Shown here: in pieces, positions 1 to 12,432 of the stretch
Layout of the letters: each line of letters starts with the position of its first letter
Numbering within the stretch: the first letter of the stretch is position 1
NCBI GenBank assembly: GCA_964016885.1
Contig: OZ024741.1
Span: 257,858,001-257,922,000 of the forward strand
Length of the DNA: 64,000 nucleotides
Direction of reading: 5' to 3'
Origin: Eledone cirrhosa
Lineage: Eukaryota
The notes under the pieces: generated by a model
Seen by the model: only the letters and a program-made list of their open reading frames with translations
Told to the model about the DNA's origin: nothing
Database searches by the model: none
Made by a program: the position numbers and the translations under genes

Positions 1-499
1 TACGAGTGTTTCGGCTTAAGAGTGTTTCGGATTACGAGTGCTTCGACTTACGAGTGTTTCGGCTTACGAGTGTTTCGACTTACGAGTATTCTGACTACGA
101 GTGTTCTGACTTACGGGTGTTCTGACTTACGAGTGTTCCGACTTACGAGTGTTTCGACTTACGAGTGTTTCGGCTTTCGGGTGTTTAGACTTACGAGTGT
201 TTCGGGTTACGAGTGTTTCGACTTACGAATGTTTTCGCTTACGAGTGTTTCGGCTTACGAGTGTTTCGACTTACGAGTGTTTCGACTTACGAGTGTTTTG
301 ACTTACGGTTTTTCGGCTTGCGAGTGTTTCGACATACGAGTGTTTTGACTTACGGGCGTTTCGACTTACGGGTGTTTCGACTTACGAGTGTTTCGACTTA
401 CGAGTGTTCTGACTTACGAGTGTTCTGACTTGCGAGTGTTCCGACTTACGAGTGTTTCGGCTTACGAGTGTTTCGACATACGAGTGTTTTGACTTACGA

Positions 500-568
500 A
501 AATAATAAATAGACGCGGTTTCAAATCTCTATGCTTTTCAAGTTCATTACATTAATCTTTATTTATAC
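500..568 (+). repeat. 69-bp cassette, haplotype A (representative)
   Basis: AATAATAAAT ... TTTTCAAGTTC ... followed by GCTTTACGAATG. Same haplotype at 3568, 12433, 13683, 21500, 28767, 29586, 50764, 51373. Confidence 0.93.
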
Positions 569-837
569 GTTTCGCTTTACGAATGTTTCGACTTACGAGT
601 GTTTCGGCTTACGAGGGTTTCGGCTTACGGGTGTTCCGACTTACGAGTATTTTCGGCTTACGAGTGTTTCGACTTACGAGTGTTTTGACTTACGGGTGTT
701 TTGACATACGAGTGTTTCGATACGAGTGTTCTGACTTACGAGTGTTCTGACTTACGAGTGTTCTGACTTACGAGTGTTCCGACTTACGAGTGTTTCGGCT
801 CACGAGTGATTCGGCTTACGAGTGTTTCGACTTACGA

Positions 838-906
838 AAATAATAGATAGACGCGGTTTCAAATCTCTATGCTTTTCAAGTTCATTACATTAATCTTTAT
901 TTATAT
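838..906 (+). repeat. 69-bp cassette, haplotype A sub-variant AATAATAGAT (representative)
   Basis: The AATAATAGATAGAC variant also occurs at 4161, 13058, 22124 and 29137. Confidence 0.9.
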
Positions 907-2703
907 GTTTCGCTTTACGAATGTTTCGACTTACGAGTGTTTCGGCTTACGATTGTTTTGACTTACGAGATTTTTGACTTACGGGTCTTTCGACTTAGGA
1001 GTGTTTCGACTTACGAGTGTTTCGGCTTACAAGTGTTTCGTCTTACGAGTGTTTCGGCTTACGAGTGTTTCGACTTACCAGTGTTCTGACTACGAGTGTT
1101 CTGACTTACGGGTGTTCTGACTTACGAGTGTTCCGAATTGCGAGTGTTTCGGCTTATGAATGTTTCGACTTACGAGTGTTTCGGCTTACGAGTGTTTCGA
1201 CTTACGAGTGTTTCGGCTTACGATTGTTTCGACTTACGAATGTTTTTGCTTACGAGTGTTTCGACTTACGAGTGTTTTGATTTACGGTGTTTCGGCTTAC
1301 GAGTGTTTCGACTTACGAGTGTTTTGACTTACGGGTGTTTTGACATACGAGTGTTTCGATACGAGTGTTCTGACTTACGAGTGTTCTGACTTGCGAGTGT
1401 TCCGACTTACGAGTGTTTCGGCTTACGAGTGTTTCGACATACGAGTTTTTTAACTTACGGGTGTTTCGACTTACGTGTGTTTCGACTTACGAGTGTTTCG
1501 GCCTACGAGTGTTTCGGCTTACGAGTGTTTCGGCTCACGAGTGTTTCGACTTACGAGTGTTTCGACTTACGAGTGTTTCGACTTAAGAGTGTTTCGACTT
1601 ACGAGTGTTTCGACTTACGAGTGATTTTGCCATACGGGTGTTTCGGTTTACGAGTGTTTCGACTTACGAGTGTTCTGACTTACGAGTGTTCCGACTTACG
1701 AGTGTTTCGACTTACGAGTGTTTTGACTTACGAGTGTTCCGACCTACGAGCGTTTCGGCTTATGGGAGTTCCGACCTACGAGTGTTTCGACTTACGAGTG
1801 TTTTGACTTACGAGTGTTTCGGCTTACGAGTGTTTCGACTTACGAGTGTTTCGACTTACGAGTGTTCTGACTTACGAGTGTTCTGACTTACGAGTGTTCC
1901 GACTTACGAGTGTTTCGACTTACGAGTGTTTCGACTTACGAGTGTTTCGACTTACGAGTGTTTCGGCTTAAGAGTGTTTTGACTTACGAGTGTTCTGACT
2001 ACGAGTGTTCTGACTTACGAGTGTTTCGGCTTATGAGTGTTTCGACTCACGAGTGTTTCGGCTTATGAGTGTTTCGACTTACGAGTGTTTCGGCTTACGA
2101 GTGTTTCGACTTACGAGTGTTTCGACTTACGAGTGTTTCGACTTACGGGTGTTTCGACTTACGAGTGTTTCGACTACGAGTGTTTCGACTTACGAGTGTT
2201 TCGGCATACGAGTGTTTCGACATACGGGTGTTTCGACTTACGGTGTTTCGGCTTACGAGTGTTTCGACTTACGAGTGTTCTGACTTATGAGTGTTCTGAC
2301 TTACGAGTGTTCTGACTTACGAGTGTTCCGACTTACGAGTGTTTCGGCTTACGAGTGTTTCGGCTTACGAGTGTTTCGACTTACGAATGTTTCGACTTAC
2401 GAGTGTTTCGACTTACGAGTGTTTAGACTTACGAGTGTTTTGACTTACGGTGTTTCGGCTTACGAGTGTTTCGACTTACGAGTGTTTTGACTTACTGGTG
2501 TTTTGACATAAGAGTGTTTCGATACGAGTGTTTCGACTTACGAGTGTTCTGACTTACGAGTGTTCTGACTTACGAGTGTTCTGACTTACGAGTGTTCTAA
2601 CTTACGAGTGTTCTGACTTACGAGTGTTCTGACTTACGAGTGTTCCGACTTACGAGTGTTTCGGCTCACCAATGTTTCGGCTTACGAGTGTTTCGACTTA
2701 CGA

Positions 2704-2772
2704 AAATAACAAATAGACGCGGTTTCAAATCTCTATGCTTTTCAAATTCATTACATTAATCTTTATTTATAC
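2704..2772 (+). repeat. 69-bp cassette, haplotype B (representative)
   Basis: AATAACAAAT ... TTTTCAAATTC ... followed by GCTTTACGAGTG; 25 copies including sub-variants. Confidence 0.93.
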
Positions 2773-3567
2773 GTTTCGCTTTACGAGTGTTTCGACTTAC
2801 GAGTGTTTCGACTTACGAGTGTTTCGGCTTACGATTGTTTTGACTTACGAGTGTTTTGACTTACATGTGTTTCGACTTACGCGTGTTTCGACTTACGAGT
2901 GTTTCGACTTGCGAGTGTTTCGACTACGGGTGTTTCAACTTACGAATGTTTTGACTTACGGATGTTTTGACTTACGGGTGTTTCGGCTTACGAGTGTTTC
3001 GACTTACGAGTGTTCTGACTTACGAGTGTTCTGACTTACGGGTGTTCTGACTTACGAGTGTTCCGACTTACGAGTGTTTCGGCTTAAGAGTGTTTCGGAT
3101 TACGAGTGCTTCGACTTACGAGTGTTTCGGCTTACGAGTGTTTCGACTTACGAGTATTCTGACTACGAGTGTTCTGACTTACGGGTGTTCTGACTTACGA
3201 GTGTTCCGACTTACGAGTGTTTCGACTTACGAGTGTTTCGGCTTTCGGGTGTTTAGACTTACGAGTGTTTCGGGTTACGAGTGTTTCGACTTACGAATGT
3301 TTTCGCTTACGAGTGTTTCGGCTTACGAGTGTTTCGACTTACGAGTGTTTCGACTTACGAGTGTTTTGACTTACGGTTTTTCGGCTTGCGAGTGTTTCGA
3401 CATACGAGTGTTTTGACTTACGGGCGTTTCGACTTACGGGTGTTTCGACTTACGAGTGTTTCGACTTACGAGTGTTCTGACTTACGAGTGTTCTGACTTG
3501 CGAGTGTTCCGACTTACGAGTGTTTCGGCTTACGAGTGTTTCGACATACGAGTGTTTTGACTTACGA
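2704..3567 (+). repeat. 864-bp higher-order module (B cassette to A cassette)
   Basis: Identical 864-bp cassette spacing and shared private monomer variants at 2704-3567, 11569-12432, 20636-21499 and 27903-28766. The 3' part is also at 1-499, and a patched copy is at 49632-50763. Confidence 0.9.
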
Positions 3568-5290
3568 AAATAATAAATAGACGCGGTTTCAAATCTCTAT
3601 GCTTTTCAAGTTCATTACATTAATCTTTATTTATACGTTTCGCTTTACGAATGTTTCGACTTACGAGTGTTTCGGCTTACGAGTGTTTCGACTTACGAGT
3701 GTTCTGACTTACGAGTGTTTTGATTACGAGTGTTTCTACTTACGAGTGTTTCGACTTACGGGTGTTTCGGCTTACGAGTGTTTCGACTTACGAGTGTTTT
3801 GACTTACGAATGTTTTGCCTTACGGGTGTTCCGGTTTACGAGTGTTTCGACTCACGAGTATTCTGACTTACGAGTGTTCCGACTTACGGGTGTTTCGACT
3901 TACGAGTGTTTCGACTTACGAGTGTTCCGACTTACGAGGGTTTCGGCTTACGGGTGTTCCGACTTACGAGTATTTTCGGCTTACGAGTGTTTCGACTTAC
4001 GAGTGTTTTGACTTACGGGTGTTTTGACATACGAGTGTTTCGATACGAGTGTTCTGACTTACGAGTGTTCTGACTTACGAGTGTTCTGACTTACGAGTGT
4101 TCCGACTTACGAGTGTTTCGGCTCACGAGTGATTCGGCTTACGAGTGTTTCGACTTACGAAAATAATAGATAGACGCGGTTTCAAATCTCTATGCTTTTC
4201 AAGTTCATTACATTAATCTTTATTTATACGTTTCGCTTTACGAATGTTTCGACTTACGAGTGTTTCGGCTTACGATTGTTTTGACTTACGAGATTTTTGA
4301 CTTACGGGTCTTTCGACTTAGGAGTGTTTCGACTTACGAGTGTTTCGGCTTACAAGTGTTTCGTCTTACGAGTGTTTCGGCTTACGAGTGTTTCGACTTA
4401 CGAGTGTTCTGACTACGAGTGTTCTGACTTACGGGTGTTCTGACTTACGAGTGTTCCGACTTGCGAGTGTTTCGGCTTATGAATGTTTCGACTTACGAGT
4501 GTTTCGGCTTACGAGTGTTTCGACTTACGAGTGTTTCGGCTTACGATTGTTTCGACTTACGAATGTTTTTGCTTACGAGTGTTTCGACTTACGAGTGTTT
4601 TGATTTACGGTGTTTCGGCTTACGAGTGTTTCGACTTACGAGTGTTTTGACTTACGGGTGTTTTGACATACGAGTGTTTCGATACGAGTGTTCTGACTTA
4701 CGAGTGTTCTGACTTGCGAGTGTTCCGACTTACGAGTGTTTCGGCTTACGAGTGTTTCGACATACGAGTTTTTTAACTTACGGGTGTTTCGACTTACGTG
4801 TGTTTCGACTTACGAGTGTTTCGGCCTACGAGTGTTTCGGCTTACGAGTGTTTCGGCTCACGAGTGTTTCGACTTACGAGTGTTTCGACTTACGAGTGTT
4901 TCGACTTAAGAGTGTTTCGACTTACGAGTGTTTCGACTTACGAGTGATTTTGCCATACGGGTGTTTCGGTTTACGAGTGTTTCGACTTACGAGTGTTCTG
5001 ACTTACGAGTGTTCCGACTTACGAGTGTTTCGACTTACGAGTGTTTTGACTTACGAGTGTTCCGACCTACGAGCGTTTCGGCTTATGGGAGTTCCGACCT
5101 ACGAGTGTTTCGACTTACGAGTGTTTTGACTTACGAGTGTTTCGGCTTACGAGTGTTTCGACTTACGAGTGTTTCGACTTACGAGTGTTTTGACTTACGA
5201 GTGTTTTGACTTACGGTGTTTCGACTTCCGAGTGTTTTGACTTACGGGTGTTTTGACATACGAGTGTTTCGATACAAGTGTTCTGACTTC

Positions 5291-8200
5291 CGAGTGTTTT
5301 GACTTACGAGTGTTCTGACTTACGAGTGTTCTGACTTACGAGTGTTCTGAATTACGAGTGTTCCGATTTATGAGTGTTTCGGCTTATGAGTGTTTCGACT
5401 TACGAATGTTTTTGCTTACGGGCGTTTCGACTTACGAATGTTTTTGCTTACGAGTGTTTCGGCTTACGAGTGATTCGACTTACGGGTGTTTTGACTTAAG
5501 GGTGTTTTGACTTACGGGTGTTGTGAATTACGAGTGTTCCGATTTACGAGTGTTTTGACTTACGGTGTTTCGGCTTACGAGTTATTCGACTTACGAATGT
5601 TTTGACTTACGGGTGTTTCGGCTTGCGAGTGTTTCGACTTACGAGTGTTTCGGCTTATGAGTGTTTCGACTTACTAATGTTTTTACTTACGAGTGTTTCG
5701 GCGTACGAGTGTTTTGACTTACGAGTGTTTCGACTTACGAGTGTTTTGACTTACGAATGTTTTGACTTACGGGTGTTTCGGCTTACGAGTGTTTCGGCTT
5801 ACGAGTGTTTCGACATACGAGTTTTTTAACTTACGGGTGTTTCGACTTACGAGTGTTTCGACTTACGAGTGTTTCGGCTTACGAGTGTTTCGGCTTACGA
5901 GTATTTCGGCTCACGAGTGTTTCGACTTACGAGTGTTTCGACTTACGAGTGTTTCGACTTAAGAGTGTTTCGACTTACGAGTGTTTCGACTTACGAGTGA
6001 TTTTGCCATACGGGTGTTTCGGTTTACGAGTGTTTCGACTTACGAGTGTTCTGACTTACGAGTGTTCCGACTTACGAGTGTTTCGACTTACGAGTGTTTT
6101 GACTTACGAGTGTTCCGACCTACGAGCGTTTCGGCTTATGGGAGTTCCGACCTACGAGTGTTTCGACTTACGAGTGTTTTGACTTACGAGTGTTTCCGCT
6201 TACGAGTGTTTCGGCTTACGAGTGTTTCGACTTACTAATGTTTTTACTTACGAGTGTTTCGGTGTACGAGTGTTTCGACTTAAGGATGTTTCGATTTACG
6301 GGTGTTTCGGCTTACGAGTGTTTCGACTTACGAGTGTTTTGACTTACGAGTGTTCTGACTTACGAGTGTTCTGACTTATGAGTGTTCCGACTTACGAGTG
6401 TTCCGACTTACGAGTGTTTCGGCTTATGAGTGTTTCGACTTACGGGCGTTTCAACTTACGGGTGTTTCGACTTACGAGTGTTTTGACTTACGAGTGTTCT
6501 GACTTACGAGTGTTCTGACTTACGAGTGTTCCGACTTACGACTGTTTCGACTTACGAGTGTTTTGACTTACGAGTGTTCCGACTTACGAGTGTTTCGGCT
6601 TACGGGTGTTTCGACGTACGAGTATTTTTGGCTTACGAGTGTTTCGACTTACGAGTGTTTTGAATTACGATTGTTTCGGCTTACGAGTGTTTCGACTTAC
6701 GAGTATTTCGACTTACGAGTGTTTTGACTTATGGGTGTTTGACATACGAGTGTTTCGATACGAATGCTCTGACTTACGAGTGTTCTGACTTACCAGTGTT
6801 CTGACTTACGAGTGTTCTGACTTACGGGTGTTCTGACTTACGTGTGTTCCGACTTACGAGTGTTTCGGCTTACGGGTGTTTCGACTTACGAGTGTTTCGA
6901 CTTACGAGTGTTTTGACTTACGGTGTTTCGGCTTACGAGTTATTCGACATACGAGTGTTTCGACTTACGGGTGTTTCGACTTACGGGTGTTTCGACTTAT
7001 GAGTGTTTCGACTTACGAGTGTTCTGACTTACGAGTGTGCTGACTTACGAGTGTTCCGACTTACGAGTGTTTAGGTTTACGAGTGTTTCGACACATGAGT
7101 GTTTTGACTTACGGGTGTTTCGACTTACGGGTGTTTCGACTTACGAGTGTTTCGGCTTACGAGTGTTTCGACTTACTAATGTTTTTACTTACGAGTGTTT
7201 CGGTGTACGAGTGTTTCGACTTAAGGATGTTTCGATTTACGAGTGTTTCGACTTACGAGTGTTTCGGCTTACGTGAGTTTCGACTTAAGAGTGTTCTGAT
7301 TTACGAGTGTTCTGACTTGCGGGTGTTCTGATTTACGAGTGTTCCGACTTACGAGTGTTTCGGCTTATGAGTGTTTCGACTTACGAGTGTTTCGGCTTAC
7401 GAGTGTTTCACCTTATGGGTGTTTCGACTTACGAGTGTTTTTACTTATGGTGTTTCGGCTTCCGAGTGTTTCGACATACGAGTGTTTTGACTTACGGGTG
7501 TTTCGGCTTACGAGTGTTTCGACTTACGAGTGTTTCGGCTTACGAGTGTTTCGACTTACTAATGTTTTTACTTACGAGTGTTTCGGCGTACGAGAGTTTT
7601 GACTTACGAGTGTTTTGACTTACGAGTGTTCTGACTTACGAGTGTTCTGACTTACGAGTGTTCTGAATTACGAGTGTTCCGATTTACGAGTGTTTCGGCT
7701 TATGAGTGTTTCGACTTACGAATGTTTTTGCTTACGGGCGTTTCGACTTACGAATGTTTTTGCTTACGAGTGTTTCGGCTTACGAGTGATTCGACTTACG
7801 GGTGTTTTGACTTAAGGGTGTTTTGACTTACGGGTGTTGTGAATTACGAGTGTTCCGATTTACGAGTGTTTTGACTTACGGTGTTTCGGCTTACGAGTTA
7901 TTCGACTTACGAATGTTTTGACTTACGGGTGTTTCGGCTTGCGAGTGTTTCGACTTACGAGTGTTTCGGCTTATGAGTGTTTCGACTTACTAATGTTTTT
8001 ACTTACGAGTGTTTCGGCGTACGAGTGTTTTGACTTACGAGTGTTTCGACTTACGAGTGTTTTGACTTACGAATGTTTTGACTTACGGGTGTTTCGGCTT
8101 ACGAGTGTTTCGGCTTACGAGTGTTTCGACATACGAGTTTTTTAACTTACGGGTGTTTCGACTTACGAGTGTTTCGACTTACGAGTGTTTCGGCTTACGA

Positions 8201-9922
8201 GTGTTTCGGCTTACGAGTATTTCGGCTCACGAGTGTTTCGACTTACGAGTGTTTCGACTTACGAGTGTTTCGACTTAAGAGTGTTTCGACTTACGAGTGT
8301 TTCGACTTACGAGTGATTTTGCCATACGGGTGTTTCGGTTTACGAGTGTTTCGACTTACGAGTGTTCTGACTTACGAGTGTTCCGACTTACGAGTGTTTC
8401 GACTTACGAGTGTTTTGACTTACGAGTGTTCCGACCTACGAGCGTTTCGGCTTATGGGAGTTCCGACCTACGAGTGTTTCGACTTACGAGTGTTTTGACT
8501 TACGAGTGTTTCCGCTTACGAGTGTTTCGGCTTACGAGTGTTTCGACTTACTAATGTTTTTACTTACGAGTGTTTCGGTGTACGAGTGTTTCGACTTAAG
8601 GATGTTTCGATTTACGGGTGTTTCGGCTTACGAGTGTTTCGACTTACGAGTGTTTTGACTTACGAGTGTTCTGACTTACGAGTGTTCTGACTTATGAGTG
8701 TTCCGACTTACGAGTGTTCCGACTTACGAGTGTTTCGGCTTATGAGTGTTTCGACTTACGGGCGTTTCGACTTACGGGTGTTTCGACTTACGAGTGTTTT
8801 GACTTACGAGTGTTCTGACTTACGAGTGTTCTGACTTACGAGTGTTCCGACTTACGACTGTTTCGACTTACGAGTGTTTTGACTTACGAGTGTTCCGACT
8901 TACGAGTGTTTCGGCTTACGGGTGTTTCGACGTACGAGTATTTTTGGCTTACGAGTGTTTCGACTTACGAGTGTTTTGAATTACGATTGTTTCGGCTTAC
9001 GAGTGTTTCGACTTACGAGTATTTCGACTTACGAGTGTTTTGACTTATGGGTGTTTGACATACGAGTGTTTCGATACGAATGCTCTGACTTACGAGTGTT
9101 CTGACTTACCAGTGTTCTGACTTACGAGTGTTCTGACTTACGGGTGTTCTGACTTACGTGTGTTCCGACTTACGAGTGTTTCGGCTTACGGGTGTTTCGA
9201 CTTACGAGTGTTTCGACTTACGAGTGTTTTGACTTACGGTGTTTCGGCTTACGAGTTATTCGACATACGAGTGTTTCGACTTACGGGTGTTTCGACTTAC
9301 GGGTGTTTCGACTTATGAGTGTTTCGACTTACGAGTGTTCTGACTTACGAGTGTGCTGACTTACGAGTGTTCCGACTTACGAGTGTTTAGGTTTACGAGT
9401 GTTTCGACACATGAGTGTTTTGACTTACGGGTGTTTCGACTTCCGGGTGTTTCGACTTACGAGTGTTTCGGCTTACGAGTGTTTCGACTTACTAATGTTT
9501 TTACTTACGAGTGTTTCGGTGTACGAGTGTTTCGACTTAAGGATGTTTCGATTTACGAGTGTTTCGACTTACGAGTGTTTCGGCTTACGTGAGTTTCGAC
9601 TTAAGAGTGTTCTGATTTACGAGTGTTCTGACTTGCGGGTGTTCTGATTTACGAGTGTTCCGACTTACGAGTGTTTCGGCTTATGAGTGTTTCGACTTAC
9701 GAGTGTTTCGGCTTACGAGTGTTTCACCTTATGGGTGTTTCGACTTACGAGTGTTTTTACTTATGGTGTTTCGGCTTCCGAGTGTTTCGACATACGAGTG
9801 TTTTGACTTACGGGTGTTTCGGCTTACGAGTGTTTCGACTTACGAGTGTTTCGGCTTACGAGTGTTTCGACTTACTAATGTTTTTACTTACGAGTGTTTC
9901 GGCGTACGAGAGTTTTGACTTA
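5291..9922 (+). repeat. Direct tandem duplication of a 2316-bp block
   Basis: Constant offset of 2316 for matching landmarks: GAATTAC 5349/7665, and pseudo-ORF starts 5602/7918, 5805/8121, 6606/8922, 7037/9353, 7339/9655. Boundaries are approximate (within a few monomers). Confidence 0.88.
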
Positions 9923-12432
9923 CGAGTGTTTCGACTTACGAGTGTTTCGACTTACGAGTATTTTGACTTACGAATGTTTTGACTTACGGGTGTTTCGGCT
10001 TACGAGTGTTTCGACTTACGAGTCTTTCGGCTTACGAGTGTTTCGACTTACGGGTGTTTTGACTTACGGGTGTTTCGGCTTACGAGTGTTTTGACTTAAG
10101 GGTGTTTCGACTTACGAGTATTTTGGGCTTACGAGTGTTTCGAATTACGAGTGTTTTGACTTACGAGTGTTCTGATTTACGGATGTTTCGACATACGAGT
10201 GTTCAGACTTACGAGTGTTCCGACTTACGAGTGTTTCGGCTTACGAGTGTTTCGGCTCACGAGTGTTTCGACTTACGAGTATTTCGACTTACGAGTGTTT
10301 TGACTTACGGTGTTTCGGGTTACGAGTGTTTCGACTTACGAGTGTTTTGACTTACTGGTGTTATGACATACGAGTGTTTCGATACGAGTGTTTCGACTTA
10401 CGAGTGTTCTGACTTACGAGTGTTCTAACTTACGAGTGTTCTGACTTACGAGTGTTCTGACTTACGAGTGTTCCGACTTACGAGTGTTTCGGCTCACGAG
10501 TGTTTCGGCTTACGAGTGTTTCGACTTACGAAAATAACAAATAGACGCGGTTTCAAATCTCTATGCTTTTCAAATTCATTACATTAATCTTTATTTATAC
10601 GTTTCGCTTTACGAGTGTTTCGACTTACGAGTGTTTCGACTTACGAGTGTTTTGACTTACGAGTGTTTCTACTTACGAGTGTTTCGACTTACGAGTGTTC
10701 TGACTTACGAGTGTTCTGACTTACGAGTGTTCCGACTTACGAGTGTTTCGACTTACGAGTGTTTCGACTTACGAGTGTTTCGACTTACGAGTGTTTCGGC
10801 TTACGAGTGTTTTGACTTACGAGTGTTCTGACTACGAGTGTTCTGACTTACGAGTGTTTCGGCTTATGAGTGTTTCGACTCACGAGTGTTTCGACTCACG
10901 AGTGTTTCGGCTTATGAGTGTTTCGACTTACGAGTGTTTCGGCTTACGAGTGTTTCGACTTACGAGTGTTTCGACTTACGAGTGTTTCGACTTACGGGTG
11001 TTTCGACTTACGAGTGTTTCGACTACGAGTGTTTCGACTTACGAGTGTTTCGGCTTACGAGTGTTTCGACATACGGGTGTTTCGACTTACGGTGTTTCGG
11101 CTTACGAGTGTTTCGACTTACGAGTGTTCTGACTTACGAGTGTTCTGACTTATGAGTGTTCTGACTTACGAGTGTTCTGACTTACGAGTGTTCCGACTTA
11201 CGAGTGTTTCGGCTTACGAGTGTTTCGGCTTACGAGTGTTTCGACTTACGAATGTTTCGACTTACGAGTGTTTCGACTTACGAGTGTTTAGACTTACGAG
11301 TGTTTTGACTTACGGTGTTTCGGCTTACGAGTGTTTCGACTTACGAGTGTTTTGACTTACTGGTGTTTTGACATAAGAGTGTTTCGATACGAGTGTTTCG
11401 ACTTACGAGTGTTCTGACTTACGAGTGTTCTGACTTACGAGTGTTCTGACTTACGAGTGTTCTAACTTACGAGTGTTCTGACTTACGAGTGTTCTGACTT
11501 ACGAGTGTTCCGACTTACGAGTGTTTCGGCTCACCAGTGTTTCGGCTTACGAGTGTTTCGACTTACGAAAATAACAAATAGACGCGGTTTCAAATCTCTA
11601 TGCTTTTCAAATTCATTACATTAATCTTTATTTATACGTTTCGCTTTACGAGTGTTTCGACTTACGAGTGTTTCGACTTACGAGTGTTTCGGCTTACGAT
11701 TGTTTTGACTTACGAGTGTTTTGACTTACATGTGTTTCGACTTACGCGTGTTTCGACTTACGAGTGTTTCGACTTGCGAGTGTTTCGACTACGGGTGTTT
11801 CGACTTACGAATGTTTTGACTTACGGATGTTTTGACTTACGGGTGTTTCGGCTTACGAGTGTTTCGACTTACGAGTGTTCTGACTTACGAGTGTTCTGAC
11901 TTACGGGTGTTCTGACTTACGAGTGTTCCGACTTACGAGTGTTTCGGCTTAAGAGTGTTTCGGATTACGAGTGCTTCGACTTACGAGTGTTTCGGCTTAC
12001 GAGTGTTTCGACTTACGAGTGTTCTGACTACGAGTGTTCTGACTTACGGGTGTTCTGACTTACGAGTGTTCCGACTTACGAGTGTTTCGACTTACGAGTG
12101 TTTCGGCTTTCGGGTGTTTAGACTTACGAGTGTTTCGGGTTACGAGTGTTTCGACTTACGAATGTTTTCGCTTACGAGTGTTTCGGCTTACGAGTGTTTC
12201 GACTTACGAGTGTTTCGACTTACGAGTGTTTTGACTTACGGTTTTTCAGCTTGCGAGTGTTTCGACATACGAGTGTTTTGACTTACGGGCGTTTCGACTT
12301 ACGGGTGTTTCGACTTACGAGTGTTTCGACTTACGAGTGTTCTGACTTACGAGTGTTCTGACTTGCGAGTGTTCCGACTTACGAGTGTTTCGGCTTACGA
12401 GTGTTTCGACATACGAGTGTTTTGACTTACGA

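Noticed and set aside
46-56. Mini-hairpin ACT(TACG)AGT with a UNCG-type loop in each monomer
   Set aside because: The stem is only 3 bp with a non-optimal closing pair. A>G variants preserving G-U pairs are trivially expected from transitions.
106-135. bZIP-like sites (TGACTTA, TTACTAA) in monomer variants
   Set aside because: These are imperfect or chance matches produced by single substitutions in a repeat, with no independent support.
500-568. AATAAA poly(A) signals (both strands) and an ACGCGG MCB/E2F-like motif in the cassette
   Set aside because: These are short motifs expected in AT-rich DNA. The + strand AATAAA is absent from haplotype B and the AATAGA variant, and no gene context supports them.
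491-582. Cassette as an actively transposing element (MITE/SINE)
   Set aside because: It has an identical site, orientation and flanking variant monomer in every copy, with no TSD, poly(A) tail or Pol III boxes. The spread is explained by array duplication.
2735-3034. MLFKFITLIFIYTF... ORFs resembling signal-peptide proteins
   Set aside because: The hydrophobic start is the expected translation of T-rich cassette DNA. Downstream length varies arbitrarily between copies, and many copies give no ORF of 60 aa or more.
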